This document shows positions 49,369 to 60,097 of a stretch of DNA of 64,000 nucleotides, in pieces. Source of the stretch: Candidatus Bathyarchaeota archaeon (GTDB taxonomy: Archaea > Thermoproteota > Bathyarchaeia > Bathyarchaeales > Bathycorpusculaceae); contig OY969706.1 in the NCBI GenBank assembly GCA_963702095.1, forward strand, positions 1,952,001-2,016,000, read 5' to 3'. The position numbers were made by a program, and so were the translations under genes. The notes under the pieces were generated by a model, which saw nothing but the letters and a program-made list of their open reading frames with translations, was not told the DNA's origin and ran no database searches. Every line of letters begins with the position of its first letter. Within the stretch, counting starts at the first letter, position 1.

Positions 49369-50208
49369 CTATAAATAATCAGAGGTGAATGATGGTTCAT
49401 CAGCTACAGAAGCGATGACTTGAGCCGCAAACTCCTCTTGCTCTATTTCTCCCGAAACAGCCACCCAAACTGAGCCTTCGGCACCACATACGCCGCCAGC
49501 CGCAATCAACTCCACCTCGGCAGCAGTCAACGCCCGCAAAGCCTCTAACTCAGTGAACACTTCACCGTTGATTGGCAGCAAACGGTATCCGCCTGCACCG
49601 GGGGCGTTGATTTTCGCTGCCAAAGCATCTAAGTCGCCTGTTATGCGCTTCTCTAATCCAACGGGTATTATGAGTTTAACTCGGCGTCCCACAACTGCGG
49701 GCAAGGCTAAGCCTATGGTTCCAGCTTTGGGGTGACCAATCAAAAGAGCAGCACGATTATGCTCTAAGTCCAAGGCGTTTGCACCCTTCAAAATCACATC
49801 GCCCTCTTTTAAGTCGTCAACTACGTCGGCGATGGTTTTGCCCTTCTCCCAGACGCCCTTGACTATGACGACGTCGCCGGGGAATTTACTTTCGTCAGAC
49901 AACCTTCCTTCCTTTGTTACGGGCCCATTTGGAGGCATGGTTATGCCACGGAAAAAATGTTTTCTCAAAAAGTCGCCTGCTATGTTGTGGGTTTTAAAGA
50001 TTTCTTCAACTACATAGCCGTTGGTTGTTCCAGCGACTATAACGATTGTACCGTTTTTGAGGGCTTTTCGGATGGCCGGGTGGGTGGCGAGTGTTTTGGC
50101 GATTAAACGTTTACCCATAGCGGGTGTAATCAGGAATTGCTTCAACTCAAAGGCTCCTTTTGGGTACATTGATAATCCAGTTGGGCTTAATAATTTAGTG
50201 CTTCGCAA
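49369..50208 (-). CDS. conserved hypothetical protein (possible NagB/RpiA-like fold)
   Basis: [31 protein letters not shown]. Confidence 0.7.
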   Translation of the reverse strand: MRSTKLLSPTGLSMYPKGAFELKQFLITPAMGKRLIAKTLATHPAIRKALKNGTIVIVAGTTNGYVVEEIFKTHNIAGDFLRKHFFRGITMPPNGPVTKEGRLSDESKFPGDVVIVKGVWEKGKTIADVVDDLKEGDVILKGANALDLEHNRAALLIGHPKAGTIGLALPAVVGRRVKLIIPVGLEKRITGDLDALAAKINAPGAGGYRLLPINGEVFTELEALRALTAAEVELIAAGGVCGAEGSVWVAVSGEIEQEEFAAQVIASVADEPSFTSDYL

Positions 50209-50265
50209 GGTTAGTCAAGAAACATGTACAAGAACCCTTTAATTTGATGGTGAACCGAGCATTCT

Positions 50266-51633
50266 ATGGGAACTAACATGCGAAAAGTCTACGGGTTTAC
50301 ACTACTTTTGGTTTTAGCTATCGCACTTCCGGTGCCGTTTGGATCAGCACAGAGCGGAACATTCAAGGGCGGAGTAATCAGCGCCAACGAAACATGGACT
50401 CCAGAAGGCAGCCCCTATAACCTTACAGGCAACCTCCTTATAGCCAGCGGTGTAACCCTGACTGTTCAATCCGGCGTAACCATCAACTTCGGCAACTACT
50501 TTCTATGGGTCAATGGCACCATGAATCTGCAGCCGGGCGTCACCCTCAACATGAACCTATTAGGCGAAAGCCTGCGCGTCAACGGCGTCCTAAAAGCAAT
50601 AGGTACACCCAACAATCCTGTACACATTAACGGGGTAGCGTTGGGCCACAATTTCCCACAGCCCTTCTACTCCTACTCGTCCCTTACCTTCGCCGAGGGC
50701 AGCTCAAGTGACACGGTGGTAGAATATACAGAGTTCACTCAGTCATACCTGGAAATCAGCAACTCCATGAAATTCCAGTACAACAACATGCCCAACGGCA
50801 GCATCATAGTGCATGAGGGCACACCAACCATCAAAGGCAACACCATTCCTGACGGACTCAGCGTTGGAGGCGGCTCCCCAACAATCACCGACAACACCTT
50901 GGGAGCAGTCATGTTCTACAACCTCAACAGCCCCGGAAACGCGGCGGTGTTGCAAAACAACCAGATCCACGGCAGCTTAACAATCTACGCCGAGTGGCAA
51001 CATCTATTGGTTCAGGGGAACACTATAAGCGGCGCTGGCATTGGCATTCAAATCTCTACCGGTCAAAGCGGCGACTCTTTTGATCCACGCTTATACCAGA
51101 ATTCGCAGACCATCATCCAATACAACACCATAACGGGCAACATAGTCGGCGTCTACGTGCCAATCTCCTACACGCCCACTATAACCCACAACAACATTTA
51201 CGGCAACCAAATGAACCTGAAACTTGGCACGTGGGGAGGCATCCCAGCATCAGGCAACATTACCATGATCAACAACTGGTGGGGAACAGCCGATCAGGCG
51301 GCAATACAACAGTCAATCTATGACTACAACAACGACTTCACCTTGGGACACGTCAACTTTGTTCCCTTCCTGTCAGCCCCCGTTTCCGGAGCGCCACCGG
51401 CAACCCCGACAAATTCGACCACTACCCCAACGCCTCAGCCGACAGCTAATCCAACATCTGTTTATCCGACGACAACGCTTCTGCCCCCGTGGAATGGAAC
51501 CACAACACCCCATGGACCCAGCAGCAACAACGGAAGCGGCTCTGACGTGGTGGAAATTGCGATTTTGTCGGTTCTGGTTGTTTTGGCTGTTCTTGTCGCA
51601 GTCTTAATTGTCACATTAAGACGCAGACGATGA
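50266..51633 (+). CDS. secreted right-handed beta-helix protein with C-terminal anchor
   Basis: WT..GSPY..TG, PTI..NTI repeats, NNWWG, P/T linker, TM plus RRRR. Confidence 0.85.
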   Translation: MGTNMRKVYGFTLLLVLAIALPVPFGSAQSGTFKGGVISANETWTPEGSPYNLTGNLLIASGVTLTVQSGVTINFGNYFLWVNGTMNLQPGVTLNMNLLGESLRVNGVLKAIGTPNNPVHINGVALGHNFPQPFYSYSSLTFAEGSSSDTVVEYTEFTQSYLEISNSMKFQYNNMPNGSIIVHEGTPTIKGNTIPDGLSVGGGSPTITDNTLGAVMFYNLNSPGNAAVLQNNQIHGSLTIYAEWQHLLVQGNTISGAGIGIQISTGQSGDSFDPRLYQNSQTIIQYNTITGNIVGVYVPISYTPTITHNNIYGNQMNLKLGTWGGIPASGNITMINNWWGTADQAAIQQSIYDYNNDFTLGHVNFVPFLSAPVSGAPPATPTNSTTTPTPQPTANPTSVYPTTTLLPPWNGTTTPHGPSSNNGSGSDVVEIAILSVLVVLAVLVAVLIVTLRRRR

Positions 51634-51906
51634 TTCTGCTGTGGAAAACGCCACAACCAAACGCAACGTTTGCCAAACGCTTGAAGTTTGTTCCACAACC
51701 ACATAGCAACCTGCCGCAAACACCAAACAAAAAAAGCAGCAACCTGCCAAGCCCGCTGGTAGTTGTTGTGCATAGGCGACTTTTCACTACTACTAAGACA
51801 CTAAAAAACGAAAAGCCAAAGAGAAACAACTAATCAAAGAACAACTGAAAGGTTAAAAATAAAAAAAAGAAATTTAAATTGTTAGGACAGATGCATAAGC
51901 TTGCGC

Positions 51907-52050
51907 TTAGTATCTTCTTGGGGGTCTACGCTTAGAGTAGCACTCACGGCAGTAAACTGGTCTTGTTCCGTCTGGTTTGAAAGGAACATCGCATTCTTTT
52001 CCACAGTCGGCGCAAGTTGCCTTGTGCATCTCTCTGTTACCATATGACAT
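51907..52050 (-). CDS. 47-aa CxxC-x17-CxxC domain protein, absent from ORF track
   Basis: Hand translation MSYGNREMHKATCADCGKECDVPFKPDGTRPVYCRECYSKRRPPRRY*; AGGAG upstream. Confidence 0.9.
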   Translation of the reverse strand: MSYGNREMHKATCADCGKECDVPFKPDGTRPVYCRECYSKRRPPRRY

Positions 52051-52330
52051 TTCGCTATTTCAACTCCTACTTACTTCGTGTGCAAAAACTTCTTTTCGCA
52101 CAGTACCCACATAGACGAAGTCGATGCTTATAAATTGCATGCTTCATTAACTAAATATGCAACGAAAAAAACAATCCAAAACACCAACGAAACGCCGACG
52201 TGGTAAATGGAAAAACGATGAATAGTCAAACTAATATAGTTAAAACCCCATAATAGATGTCCTATTCGAATTTAAAATACGAATAAAAGGGAAAAGCAGA
52301 CAACGCGGCAAGAAAAGGCTTTTCTCAAAA

Positions 52331-52990
52331 ATGAGTGAGGGCAGTTTGAGACAAAAAAAATCAACTTTAGGTGAGCATTTGGCTTTGCTCTCCGTAAAAT
52401 ACAGCGTTTACCCAAACGAAGTTTTCCAAGCCCTCGTTCAAGCAAAACAAAACGAGAGAGCTATCTGCGGCAACCTAACCGTAGAATACCGCGGCAAAAC
52501 CAAAACCGAAACAATCTTCCTCATTACCAAAGATAACGACGTCGTCGCCCAATTCCGCGTTGAGGAAACGTTTCTCCACCGTAAAGACAACCCCTTTGAA
52601 ACTTGGATGAGCACTGATAAAATCAAAAGGAAACTCGCCAAACAAAACACCGAATCTACCCAAACCCAAATCAAAGACCTCCGAGCCGGAATGAAACGAG
52701 TAAACCTAAAAGCCACGGTCATTGAAGTCCCCAAACCAGCTCAGGTACATACTCAATTCGGCAACACAGTCATGGTTGTTAACGCTATAGTCGGGGATGA
52801 GTCAGGAAAAGTTAAGCTGTGCCTCTGGGAGGGACAAATCGGCATCATAAACGTCGGGGACAGCATTGAAATCAAGAATGGGCAAGTCTGTGTGTTCCGC
52901 GGCGAAAAACAGTTGCGGCTGGGAAAGAATGGTTCGCTCTGCGTGCTCAAGGGCGCAGATGTTGACCCGCAAATCGCAACAATCCAATAG
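52331..52990 (+). CDS. OB-fold single-stranded DNA-binding protein with N-terminal extension
   Basis: IKDLR.GMK.VNL..V, VGDESG.VKL.LW, INVGD.I.I.NG. Confidence 0.85.
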   Translation: MSEGSLRQKKSTLGEHLALLSVKYSVYPNEVFQALVQAKQNERAICGNLTVEYRGKTKTETIFLITKDNDVVAQFRVEETFLHRKDNPFETWMSTDKIKRKLAKQNTESTQTQIKDLRAGMKRVNLKATVIEVPKPAQVHTQFGNTVMVVNAIVGDESGKVKLCLWEGQIGIINVGDSIEIKNGQVCVFRGEKQLRLGKNGSLCVLKGADVDPQIATIQ

Positions 52991-53124
52991 TTGTTCTGCA
53001 TCCCTAATAATTAGCTCTACAGCCTCCATAGAGGATTGTGAGCCGCCGCACCCTATTTCTCCAACATCACTGTCGAAAGGAGATTAGAAAAGACAGATTG
53101 CCGATAGCTTTGGCGGTTTACCTC

Positions 53125-54624
53125 TTATGGTTTTGCTGCTCCTAATTGGGGGATCTTTGAGTTAGCCAATGCTTCCTCGATGTTCTTGCCTTCACTGACT
53201 TTCAGGTCATAAGCCTGTGCAAAGTTGCGAGCGTTAGGCGTTAAGCTAGGGATTGCGAAAAGCAGAAAGTCACATTCTATGTCGCTAATTTTACCGAGTA
53301 TCCGTGTGATTTCCTCCACATCGACTGGTTTTGAGGAAATGAGCACTTCAACTGCGGTGTTGCCGTTGCCGATTTTAGGTGAAGCCTTATTCGGGCTGGT
53401 GTTTTGGGTTTCCATCCAGCCAACACGCCCCAAGATTAGGATGTCAAAGAGGTGCTGGGTGCCTGATCGCCCACTAATAAACGCAGGTGCCACAATCGTG
53501 TAACCTAGCGCCTTGAAGAATTGGGCGCAGGTGTAGAGCGGCTTTATATGGGGCAGTTCCCGCAGAGGAACACGCAAGTTGGCTGTGTACTTATTGAGGA
53601 GAATTTCAGGTTCATCATCCACATCTTCAGCAGAGGTGCAGTCGCCGCATTTGAGGGCAATTTTGGGTTCACTGCTAATTGCGTTGCAACTTAAGCATTT
53701 GTAGGCAGATGGCAATTGGCGGTAATCTGAACCGATAGATTGAAGCTTGCTTTGGCAATTAGGACAGATTAGATCACCGTTTTGCGTTTTGAAATCACTT
53801 TGTGTATCTACTTCACCGCAGGAGAAATGCTCGATTAAAGCTTCTTTACGGATAAGCGGCGACCCGCATTCGGGACAAGTTTTTATCAGCCTAAGGTTAC
53901 CTGAACCGCATGTCTGGCAAACGATAACCTTGTCGACGGGTTCAGCATTCAAGTAGCCTTTTTGAACAAGCGTATCGAGCACTTGTCGACTGTGCTTAGT
54001 ATCCCAGTCCAATTGGGGGATACCCTCATAGAAGTAACCCTCAGGTTTGCTTGCGTCAACTATTGGAGTGATTTTGCTGACTTTACCGAATAGAAAGAGC
54101 TCCATTATACATTGCTCGTCCCGGCGCAAACCCTGATCAAAGTCGGTTTCAGGGGTTTTAGATAAAGCTATGTTGGCGGCAGTTGTGGGTTGAGTTTGGC
54201 TGGCGGCTTTTACGGGGGTTATAACGATTGGTTCATCGTTTTCGTGGGTAACGGCGGATTTGGCGGAACGTTGCCCTATTGCAAAAACGATTCCAAAACC
54301 TAAACCCAATCCTGCTTCCAGCGCCGCTATGAGAAAAATATTCGCAACTAATGGAGCGTTATATTTTATGATATCAATATTTACGCCGACGAAGATAGTG
54401 GTGAAGTTTTGGAATAAACTAAGCGAGCCCAAAGCGTTACTGACTGTGCTGGTGAACAGAAACGCCACTGCTAAGCAAACCGCACCGGCTATTACGGCGA
54501 AGAGTACCAGGGGAAGAGCCTTACGGCTTTGGGATTTAACTGGAACAAAATTGAAAAGTGCCCCTATAATTATTGCGACGGCTATTGTGAGAACGGGAAA
54601 AAGCAGGGAATCAACTGTTACCAT
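53125..54624 (-). CDS. membrane protein with TackOD1-like multi-Zn domain and PD-(D/E)xK-like C-terminus
   Basis: Three TM segments; C..CGS, CPECGS, LIEHFSCG, CPNC; ISGRSGTQHLFDIL. Confidence 0.75.
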   Translation of the reverse strand: MVTVDSLLFPVLTIAVAIIIGALFNFVPVKSQSRKALPLVLFAVIAGAVCLAVAFLFTSTVSNALGSLSLFQNFTTIFVGVNIDIIKYNAPLVANIFLIAALEAGLGLGFGIVFAIGQRSAKSAVTHENDEPIVITPVKAASQTQPTTAANIALSKTPETDFDQGLRRDEQCIMELFLFGKVSKITPIVDASKPEGYFYEGIPQLDWDTKHSRQVLDTLVQKGYLNAEPVDKVIVCQTCGSGNLRLIKTCPECGSPLIRKEALIEHFSCGEVDTQSDFKTQNGDLICPNCQSKLQSIGSDYRQLPSAYKCLSCNAISSEPKIALKCGDCTSAEDVDDEPEILLNKYTANLRVPLRELPHIKPLYTCAQFFKALGYTIVAPAFISGRSGTQHLFDILILGRVGWMETQNTSPNKASPKIGNGNTAVEVLISSKPVDVEEITRILGKISDIECDFLLFAIPSLTPNARNFAQAYDLKVSEGKNIEEALANSKIPQLGAAKP

Positions 54625-54968
54625 GTAGACTCACCATTAACTTTCTTGTTATTGTTAGGTTGAGGGAGATCAAAGCAAACGGTGTTTTTGGTAGGTTTGA
54701 AAGTCAAATGTTGCTTCTCTAAGCAATGAACGGTTTGGCCTTCTACTACAACCATTGTTGTGACACTTTGCGGTTTAGGAAGCAAATTCTTGATTATGGA
54801 AATGATCGTGGATAATTTGTCGAAGGTTTCCGCTTTAACTCTAACCACTATGTCGTAGGCGCTTTGGACAGGATAAGCTTCTTGAACGTACTCCTGTTTC
54901 CTTAGGCAATGGAGGATGGCTTTTTCGGTTCCTGCTGCCGCACTTAACAATATGATAGCTGAAGGCAT
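54618..54968 (-). CDS. stand-alone Lrp/AsnC ligand-binding (RAM) domain
   Basis: VQEAY.V..AYDIVVRVKA...TTMVV. Confidence 0.8.
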   Translation of the reverse strand: MPSAIILLSAAAGTEKAILHCLRKQEYVQEAYPVQSAYDIVVRVKAETFDKLSTIISIIKNLLPKPQSVTTMVVVEGQTVHCLEKQHLTFKPTKNTVCFDLPQPNNNKKVNGESTW

Positions 54969-55571
54969 CTTTTATCCTTAGCCACAGTAGGGCTCGCTAA
55001 TCAATTAAGCATTTTTGAAAAGAGCATTTTGCATGATTTGCAAACTACTCTATAGCTCGCAATAGGGGGCTATTTTCCTTAGCAAAGCCCAGTTCGCTTG
55101 GTGGTTTAAGTCGAGAATTGTCTGTTCAACATTTTTCTTTATTAGTGAGTGATTAAAGGTGGGCTTGTCTTTTACTTCGTTAGTAGGAATATGAAAAGCA
55201 GTTGCTGTATTGTGGCAGTCACGTGATTATTTATGCATCAATAACACTGTAATGCATAATTCAAAGCTAGAGTGGTTAAATTTTGGAGTTCGTAAGCAGC
55301 TATAAGCCTCATAATGCCCTGTTTGGTATTGCAAATGTAGAATCGTCAGATGGCAACTGTAGACTTACAATCGGATACTACTTGGGCGAATCAGCGTTGA
55401 CGCTCATTCTACCGCAGTCCTGTCAAACCTGCCAGCGTATAGTTGTTTGCACAAGGGAATTCGGCGAACAAATAATACAAAAATACAATGAGTCACATAA
55501 GGGCGCAGAAATTTATTTTCTATTGTAGGGTCTCCTTGGAGCGGGACTGACTTTGTGTGGACAAATTTGGG

Positions 55572-55997
55572 CTAGAGATTCTGCCGTATTTTCTCTGCAT
55601 CTAGCTCCAGCGCTTCAGGCATCCGTCCCTGAGAGTGGTCCCTGTAAGCCTTACCGTGCATAAACCCCTGATGTGGCTTCATGGGAATAACGTGCACATG
55701 GAAATGGAATATTACTTGCCCAGCCGCCCAACCATTGTTCTGCACCACCCTAATTCCCTCTGCAGCCATAGCATCCCTGACGCCGACTGCGACACACTTG
55801 ACTATCTTGAAAAGATAAGCAATTTCTTCGTCAGGTATCTCGTAGATGTTTTCATAATGTTTTTTTGGAACCACCAAAGTATGTCCCTCGTTGACTGGGC
55901 GGTTACTCAGGAAAGCCACTACTTTGTCGTCTTCGTAGACTATGCATGCGGGGGCTTCTTTGCGGATTATCTGGCAGAACACACAGTTCTCAGACAT
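55572..55997 (-). CDS. HIT family hydrolase
   Basis: CVFC.I, GHTLVVPK.H, GQVIFHFHVHVIP. Confidence 0.95.
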   Translation of the reverse strand: MSENCVFCQIIRKEAPACIVYEDDKVVAFLSNRPVNEGHTLVVPKKHYENIYEIPDEEIAYLFKIVKCVAVGVRDAMAAEGIRVVQNNGWAAGQVIFHFHVHVIPMKPHQGFMHGKAYRDHSQGRMPEALELDAEKIRQNL

Positions 55998-56070
55998 AGA
56001 ATGTCATACCTTTCAGCGGTTTGATGTTAGGGTAATGGTTTAATAGAATTTGCCCTTTCAATAATACTTT

Positions 56071-57093
56071 ATGGAAATCTACGTTGACGACATCGGCAGT
56101 TTCCCCTTGCCTGCGGGAATAAGAAGAGACGATTATGCGAAAGCGTACGAAATGGCACGGGACTCCATAACAAGTGGCCAAGACCCCTACAGAGACGAGT
56201 TCATAGAGAAAATCTTCTGCGCAACAGTCGTGGAATCGTTTAAGAAAAAACTCGCCTCAGGCTTAGACGTGCCCAATTTCCCCCAGCACTTCAGCGGGCT
56301 CAGACAGGTCGGCGACGCCATACACACTGCAATGGCGAACGGTTCATTTGTGGTTGAAGAAAAAAACGCGGTTCTCCCAGAAATTTTTGTTTTGAACAGA
56401 GAAGCAAAGCTTCTGAGCGAGGAAATCGGCAAAAAAATAGAGTTACGAGTGTCAATTTTTGGACCCATAGAACAGTACCTCAACGAAGTGGGCGCAACAG
56501 CATACCCCGATGTGCTCGACGGATTTGCCCAAACCATAAATCGATTCGCAAAAAACAGCATCCTAAACAACAAGTACATCGAAACCAAAGTTGTCTCCAT
56601 CGATGAACCCAGCCTCGGCCACAGCCCCTTCACTGGCTCCGCTGAATTGGTTAGGGAAATGCTGGAAAAAGCCTACGATTTTCATGGACCTGTCCGCCAG
56701 ATTCATCTGCATTTTGCTTCAGGTTTACAGGACCTGTTAGCCGTGAAAGGCTTGGATGTGGTTTCGTTTGAGTATGCGGCTTCGCCGAAAAACATCTATG
56801 CAGTCTCTAAAAACGTACTTGAGCAAGCCGACAAACATATCCGTGTGGGCATCGCCCGAACAGACATCGACGCTATATGGGCTGAACTCTACGAAAAAGG
56901 CATCACTCAACCATCCAACGAGCAAATCGTTGAGCCTCTAGAAACCATCAAGAAGCGCTATCGATATGCGAAGGAAAAGTATGGGGAGCAGATGACGTTT
57001 ACGGGTCCCGACTGCGGCATGGGCAGCTGGCCCAGCCAAGAGGCAGCGGCACTCTTGTTGAAGCGCACGGTTGAAGCGGTAAAAACCGCTTAA
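56071..57093 (+). CDS. core (single-barrel) MetE-like methionine synthase family protein
   Basis: DDIGSFP, SIDEPS, QIHLH, FEYA, GPDCG. Confidence 0.75.
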   Translation: MEIYVDDIGSFPLPAGIRRDDYAKAYEMARDSITSGQDPYRDEFIEKIFCATVVESFKKKLASGLDVPNFPQHFSGLRQVGDAIHTAMANGSFVVEEKNAVLPEIFVLNREAKLLSEEIGKKIELRVSIFGPIEQYLNEVGATAYPDVLDGFAQTINRFAKNSILNNKYIETKVVSIDEPSLGHSPFTGSAELVREMLEKAYDFHGPVRQIHLHFASGLQDLLAVKGLDVVSFEYAASPKNIYAVSKNVLEQADKHIRVGIARTDIDAIWAELYEKGITQPSNEQIVEPLETIKKRYRYAKEKYGEQMTFTGPDCGMGSWPSQEAAALLLKRTVEAVKTA

Positions 57094-57097
57094 GCGA

Positions 57098-57991
57098 TTA
57101 TTCCTGTGGTTCTTCGGGTTGAGTCGGTTCAGGGAACGGAGGTGTAGGTCTGGACCCTGTTTTCTTTACTGGTTTCTCGCCGGGTTGAGCTTTGGGTAGT
57201 TCTTTGAAACCGAACGTGCCAACGGGCGGCCACCCTGCTTCAGGCATCGCGGAGGGTATGAGCATTATGGTGTTTGTGCCAGCTTGTTGACCAAGCTCAT
57301 AGATAATATTCATCCATCTTAAACGTAAACCTTGCTCGCTTGACTCATACATTTTTGCTGCTTCAATCATCTTTGCTGATGCTTCAAACTCGGCAGTTGC
57401 CAAAGTTACCCTTGCAATACGTTCGCGTTCTGCTTGTGCTTGGCGACTCATTGCATCTTGTAAGCTGCCCGGGATGATAACGTCTCGAACTTCAACAGCT
57501 GTGGCTTTGATGCCCCACGCCTCTGTCTTCTCATCGATGATTTCTCGCAGGTGCGCCCCGACTTTTTCACGTTCAGCAAGTAGTTCGTTGAGGCTGACTT
57601 TGCCGATGACTTCTCGCAGTGTTGTCTGAGCCGCTAATTGCGTGGCTTGGTAGTAGTTTTCGACTTGCAACACAGCTTTCTCCAAGTCCACGGGCTTCAT
57701 GTACATAACGGAGTCAACGTTTACGGGTACGTTGTCTTTGGTTAAGGTTGATTCTGTACGAAACTGGATTGTATCAAGCCGTGTTGAGATACGAATAGGC
57801 GCTCGGTCAATCAACGGAAACAGATAAGCTAAACCTGGTCCACGCAAACCTACATAGCGTCCCAGTCGCAGCACAGGCATGCGTTCCCATTCTTTGAGAA
57901 TACGGATACCACTTAAGAAGAAAATTGCGATAAAAATAGCTACAATACCTATTATTGGAAGTATAACATCAACCATACGCTTCGCCTTCAA
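57098..57991 (-). CDS. SPFH/band-7 stomatin-like protein
   Basis: RLGR..GPGL, TKDNV, AQTTLR.VIG, AMSRQAQAERE. Confidence 0.93.
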   Translation of the reverse strand: MKAKRMVDVILPIIGIVAIFIAIFFLSGIRILKEWERMPVLRLGRYVGLRGPGLAYLFPLIDRAPIRISTRLDTIQFRTESTLTKDNVPVNVDSVMYMKPVDLEKAVLQVENYYQATQLAAQTTLREVIGKVSLNELLAEREKVGAHLREIIDEKTEAWGIKATAVEVRDVIIPGSLQDAMSRQAQAERERIARVTLATAEFEASAKMIEAAKMYESSEQGLRLRWMNIIYELGQQAGTNTIMLIPSAMPEAGWPPVGTFGFKELPKAQPGEKPVKKTGSRPTPPFPEPTQPEEPQE

Positions 57992-58014
57992 TAGGCTATC
58001 GGTAGTTTAGAGAG

Positions 58015-58410
58015 TTAAGCTTTTTGCTCAACTGGCGTAACGATTAAAAACATGCCTTCCATATCGACCACTTCAACAGTTTGCCCAACAGGAAGCGAGC
58101 CAGTTTTAGAAGTTGCTTCCCAGAACTCGCCAAGGACACGAACTTCCCCTTTAGGTGCAAGCGCAGTGGTTACGATGCCTTTGGCGCCGATTAGGGCCTC
58201 TTTGCCAGTTTTGATTTTTTTGTGCTGCGCTCTAACGCCGACATAGAGCAGCCAGGTTACAATAAGACCGAAGACTATGAGGATTAAAGCGATTACGGTT
58301 TCAACTTGTAGGGCTAAACCGTAATATACTATGCCAAAACCAGCGGATAAAATAAGAAATACGCCGACGGCGAATAAAACTCCTGCCAGAAAGGCTAGCC
58401 AAGCATGCAT
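58015..58410 (-). CDS. NfeD-like C-terminal domain protein
   Basis: TGKEALIG, G.V.V.GE.W.A; upstream of the SPFH gene. Confidence 0.9.
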   Translation of the reverse strand: MHAWLAFLAGVLFAVGVFLILSAGFGIVYYGLALQVETVIALILIVFGLIVTWLLYVGVRAQHKKIKTGKEALIGAKGIVTTALAPKGEVRVLGEFWEATSKTGSLPVGQTVEVVDMEGMFLIVTPVEQKA

Positions 58411-58615
58411 GCGAAATCCCTCTAAATAGGATAAGGGGATTCGGCTTATAAGTTATTACAAAAAAAAGTGGATTAGTTCCACTGTTGATTCACGAACAGT
58501 CTTAGTGACGAAGGCTCGTTTATGCTGCTAAACTGCGGCGTTATAGATGGTCGTTTGCGTAGTGGTGGCGCAGGCATCGGAGACGGCGGTTCGAGTTCAA
58601 TGGGGATTTCAGCGA

Positions 58616-59551
58616 TCAGTCTTGCTCGCCTCCATTGGCTGTTGGGATAACGGTTGTTTCAAGGAGGGTTTCTCTGCGGATGATGACAACTTTGGCTTCT
58701 TTGCCAACAACATCTTCTGCTAGCAGCCTTGGCAAGTCATAGAAGTGGGTGACGGGTTTGCCGTTGAATTTCACCAGTACATCGCCCATGGCTAAGCCGG
58801 CTTTGCGTGCGGGGGAGCCTGCTTCGACACTGAAGATCATGACGCCTGTTTCCTGTTCTAGCCCTGCTTGCTCGGCGATTTCTTCGGGGATGGCGACGGT
58901 GTTGGCTATGATGCCGAGGTAGCCGCGTTGTGCGGTTTTGCCGGTCATGAGTCGGTCTGTGATGGCTTTGACTTTGCTGCTGGGGATTGCTATGCCTCTT
59001 TGCCAGACGTAAGCGGTGTTTATGCCGATGAGTTTGCCTTCTGCGTCGATGAGTGGTCCGCCGCTGAAGCCGGGGTTGAGTTGTGCGTCGGTTGCGATGA
59101 CGTTTTCCATGGCGGTGGCGCCTCTCCAGCCGCGGATGGTGCTGTTTACGCTGGTCACCATGCCCGATGTGGCGGTGGGCTGGCTTCTGTTGAACGGGTT
59201 AGCCAACGCCAAAACATATTGGCCCACGTTTAGTTTTTCGCTGTCACCCACCTCAATGGGCGTAAATTCCCCCTTCTCAGCCTTCAGCAAGGCAACGTCG
59301 TTGTATGGGTCAACCCCCACGATTTTTGCGTTTATGGTTTTTTCGCCTATGCCGATTTTGACTGTGCTGCATCCTTGAAGCACATGGCAGCAGGTGACTA
59401 TGTAGCCGTCCGCTGTGAGGACGACTCCTGTGCCCCGTGACATTTGAGCTTTTACGGCAACGACGGACTGCGCGGTTTTCTGGATTAGGCTGCTGGTTGC
59501 GTCTGAGAGCGACTTGAGGACTTCAAGCGGATTAGCAAGTTGTTGAGTCAT
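58616..59551 (-). CDS. HtrA/DegQ-like serine protease with PDZ domain, no signal peptide
   Basis: TCCHV, DVALL, NPGFSGGPL, SPA.KAGL..GD. Confidence 0.93.
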   Translation of the reverse strand: MTQQLANPLEVLKSLSDATSSLIQKTAQSVVAVKAQMSRGTGVVLTADGYIVTCCHVLQGCSTVKIGIGEKTINAKIVGVDPYNDVALLKAEKGEFTPIEVGDSEKLNVGQYVLALANPFNRSQPTATSGMVTSVNSTIRGWRGATAMENVIATDAQLNPGFSGGPLIDAEGKLIGINTAYVWQRGIAIPSSKVKAITDRLMTGKTAQRGYLGIIANTVAIPEEIAEQAGLEQETGVMIFSVEAGSPARKAGLAMGDVLVKFNGKPVTHFYDLPRLLAEDVVGKEAKVVIIRRETLLETTVIPTANGGEQD

Positions 59552-59871
59552 ATTTTTTCACTGCAACAGTAATAGGCAAAAAAGTATTTGTTGACTAAGG
59601 AACCCCAAAAGTCAGTCACAAAAGCAGCGGTTTAGCGAAAGAGGCCCCTCCCTCTATAGGTTTCTGCATAGATATGCTATTAGGATCCTAATATGATTCC
59701 CAAAGTCCTGAATTTGCAAATTAGTGAAGCAATGAACAGCAAAATACAGTCGGGCACTAGGCATGACCCATTCGGACAACTTCCGCCCGCACCACAACTA
59801 ACCCCCAGCCAACCCTATAAGCAATTTTGCGCCACAAAACATCCTTCTAAAAAAACCTAAACAAACAGTTG

Positions 59872-60097
59872 CTACTCGAATTCGGAACGGGGCTTCTCCG
59901 TCTGCTTAATAATGTACTGAATAACAAAAAACCGAAACTTCCCCATGATGCGGAACCCACGTAGTCAAAACCCTGCCCCCAGCGCTCTTCTTAAAAGTCG
60001 TATGCTTACCCGAACGAACCTCAACAAAACCGTTCGACTGCAGAATCTCAATGACTTTTCGCTGAGGAAGCGGTCGAAGCTTGCGTATCAGGATCAT
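59872..60097 (-). pseudogene. hicA: HicA-family toxin, frameshift near 59927
   Basis: KVIEIL..NGF..VRSGKH..F...VPHH; continues VIQYIIKQTEKPRSEFE* if one base of the T6 run is removed. Confidence 0.75.

Noticed and set aside
55283-55528. 81-aa ORF
   Set aside because: TTG start, no recognisable motif; cannot be supported
58560-58612. tRNA-like GGTTCGA sequence
   Set aside because: No T-stem pairing or cloverleaf
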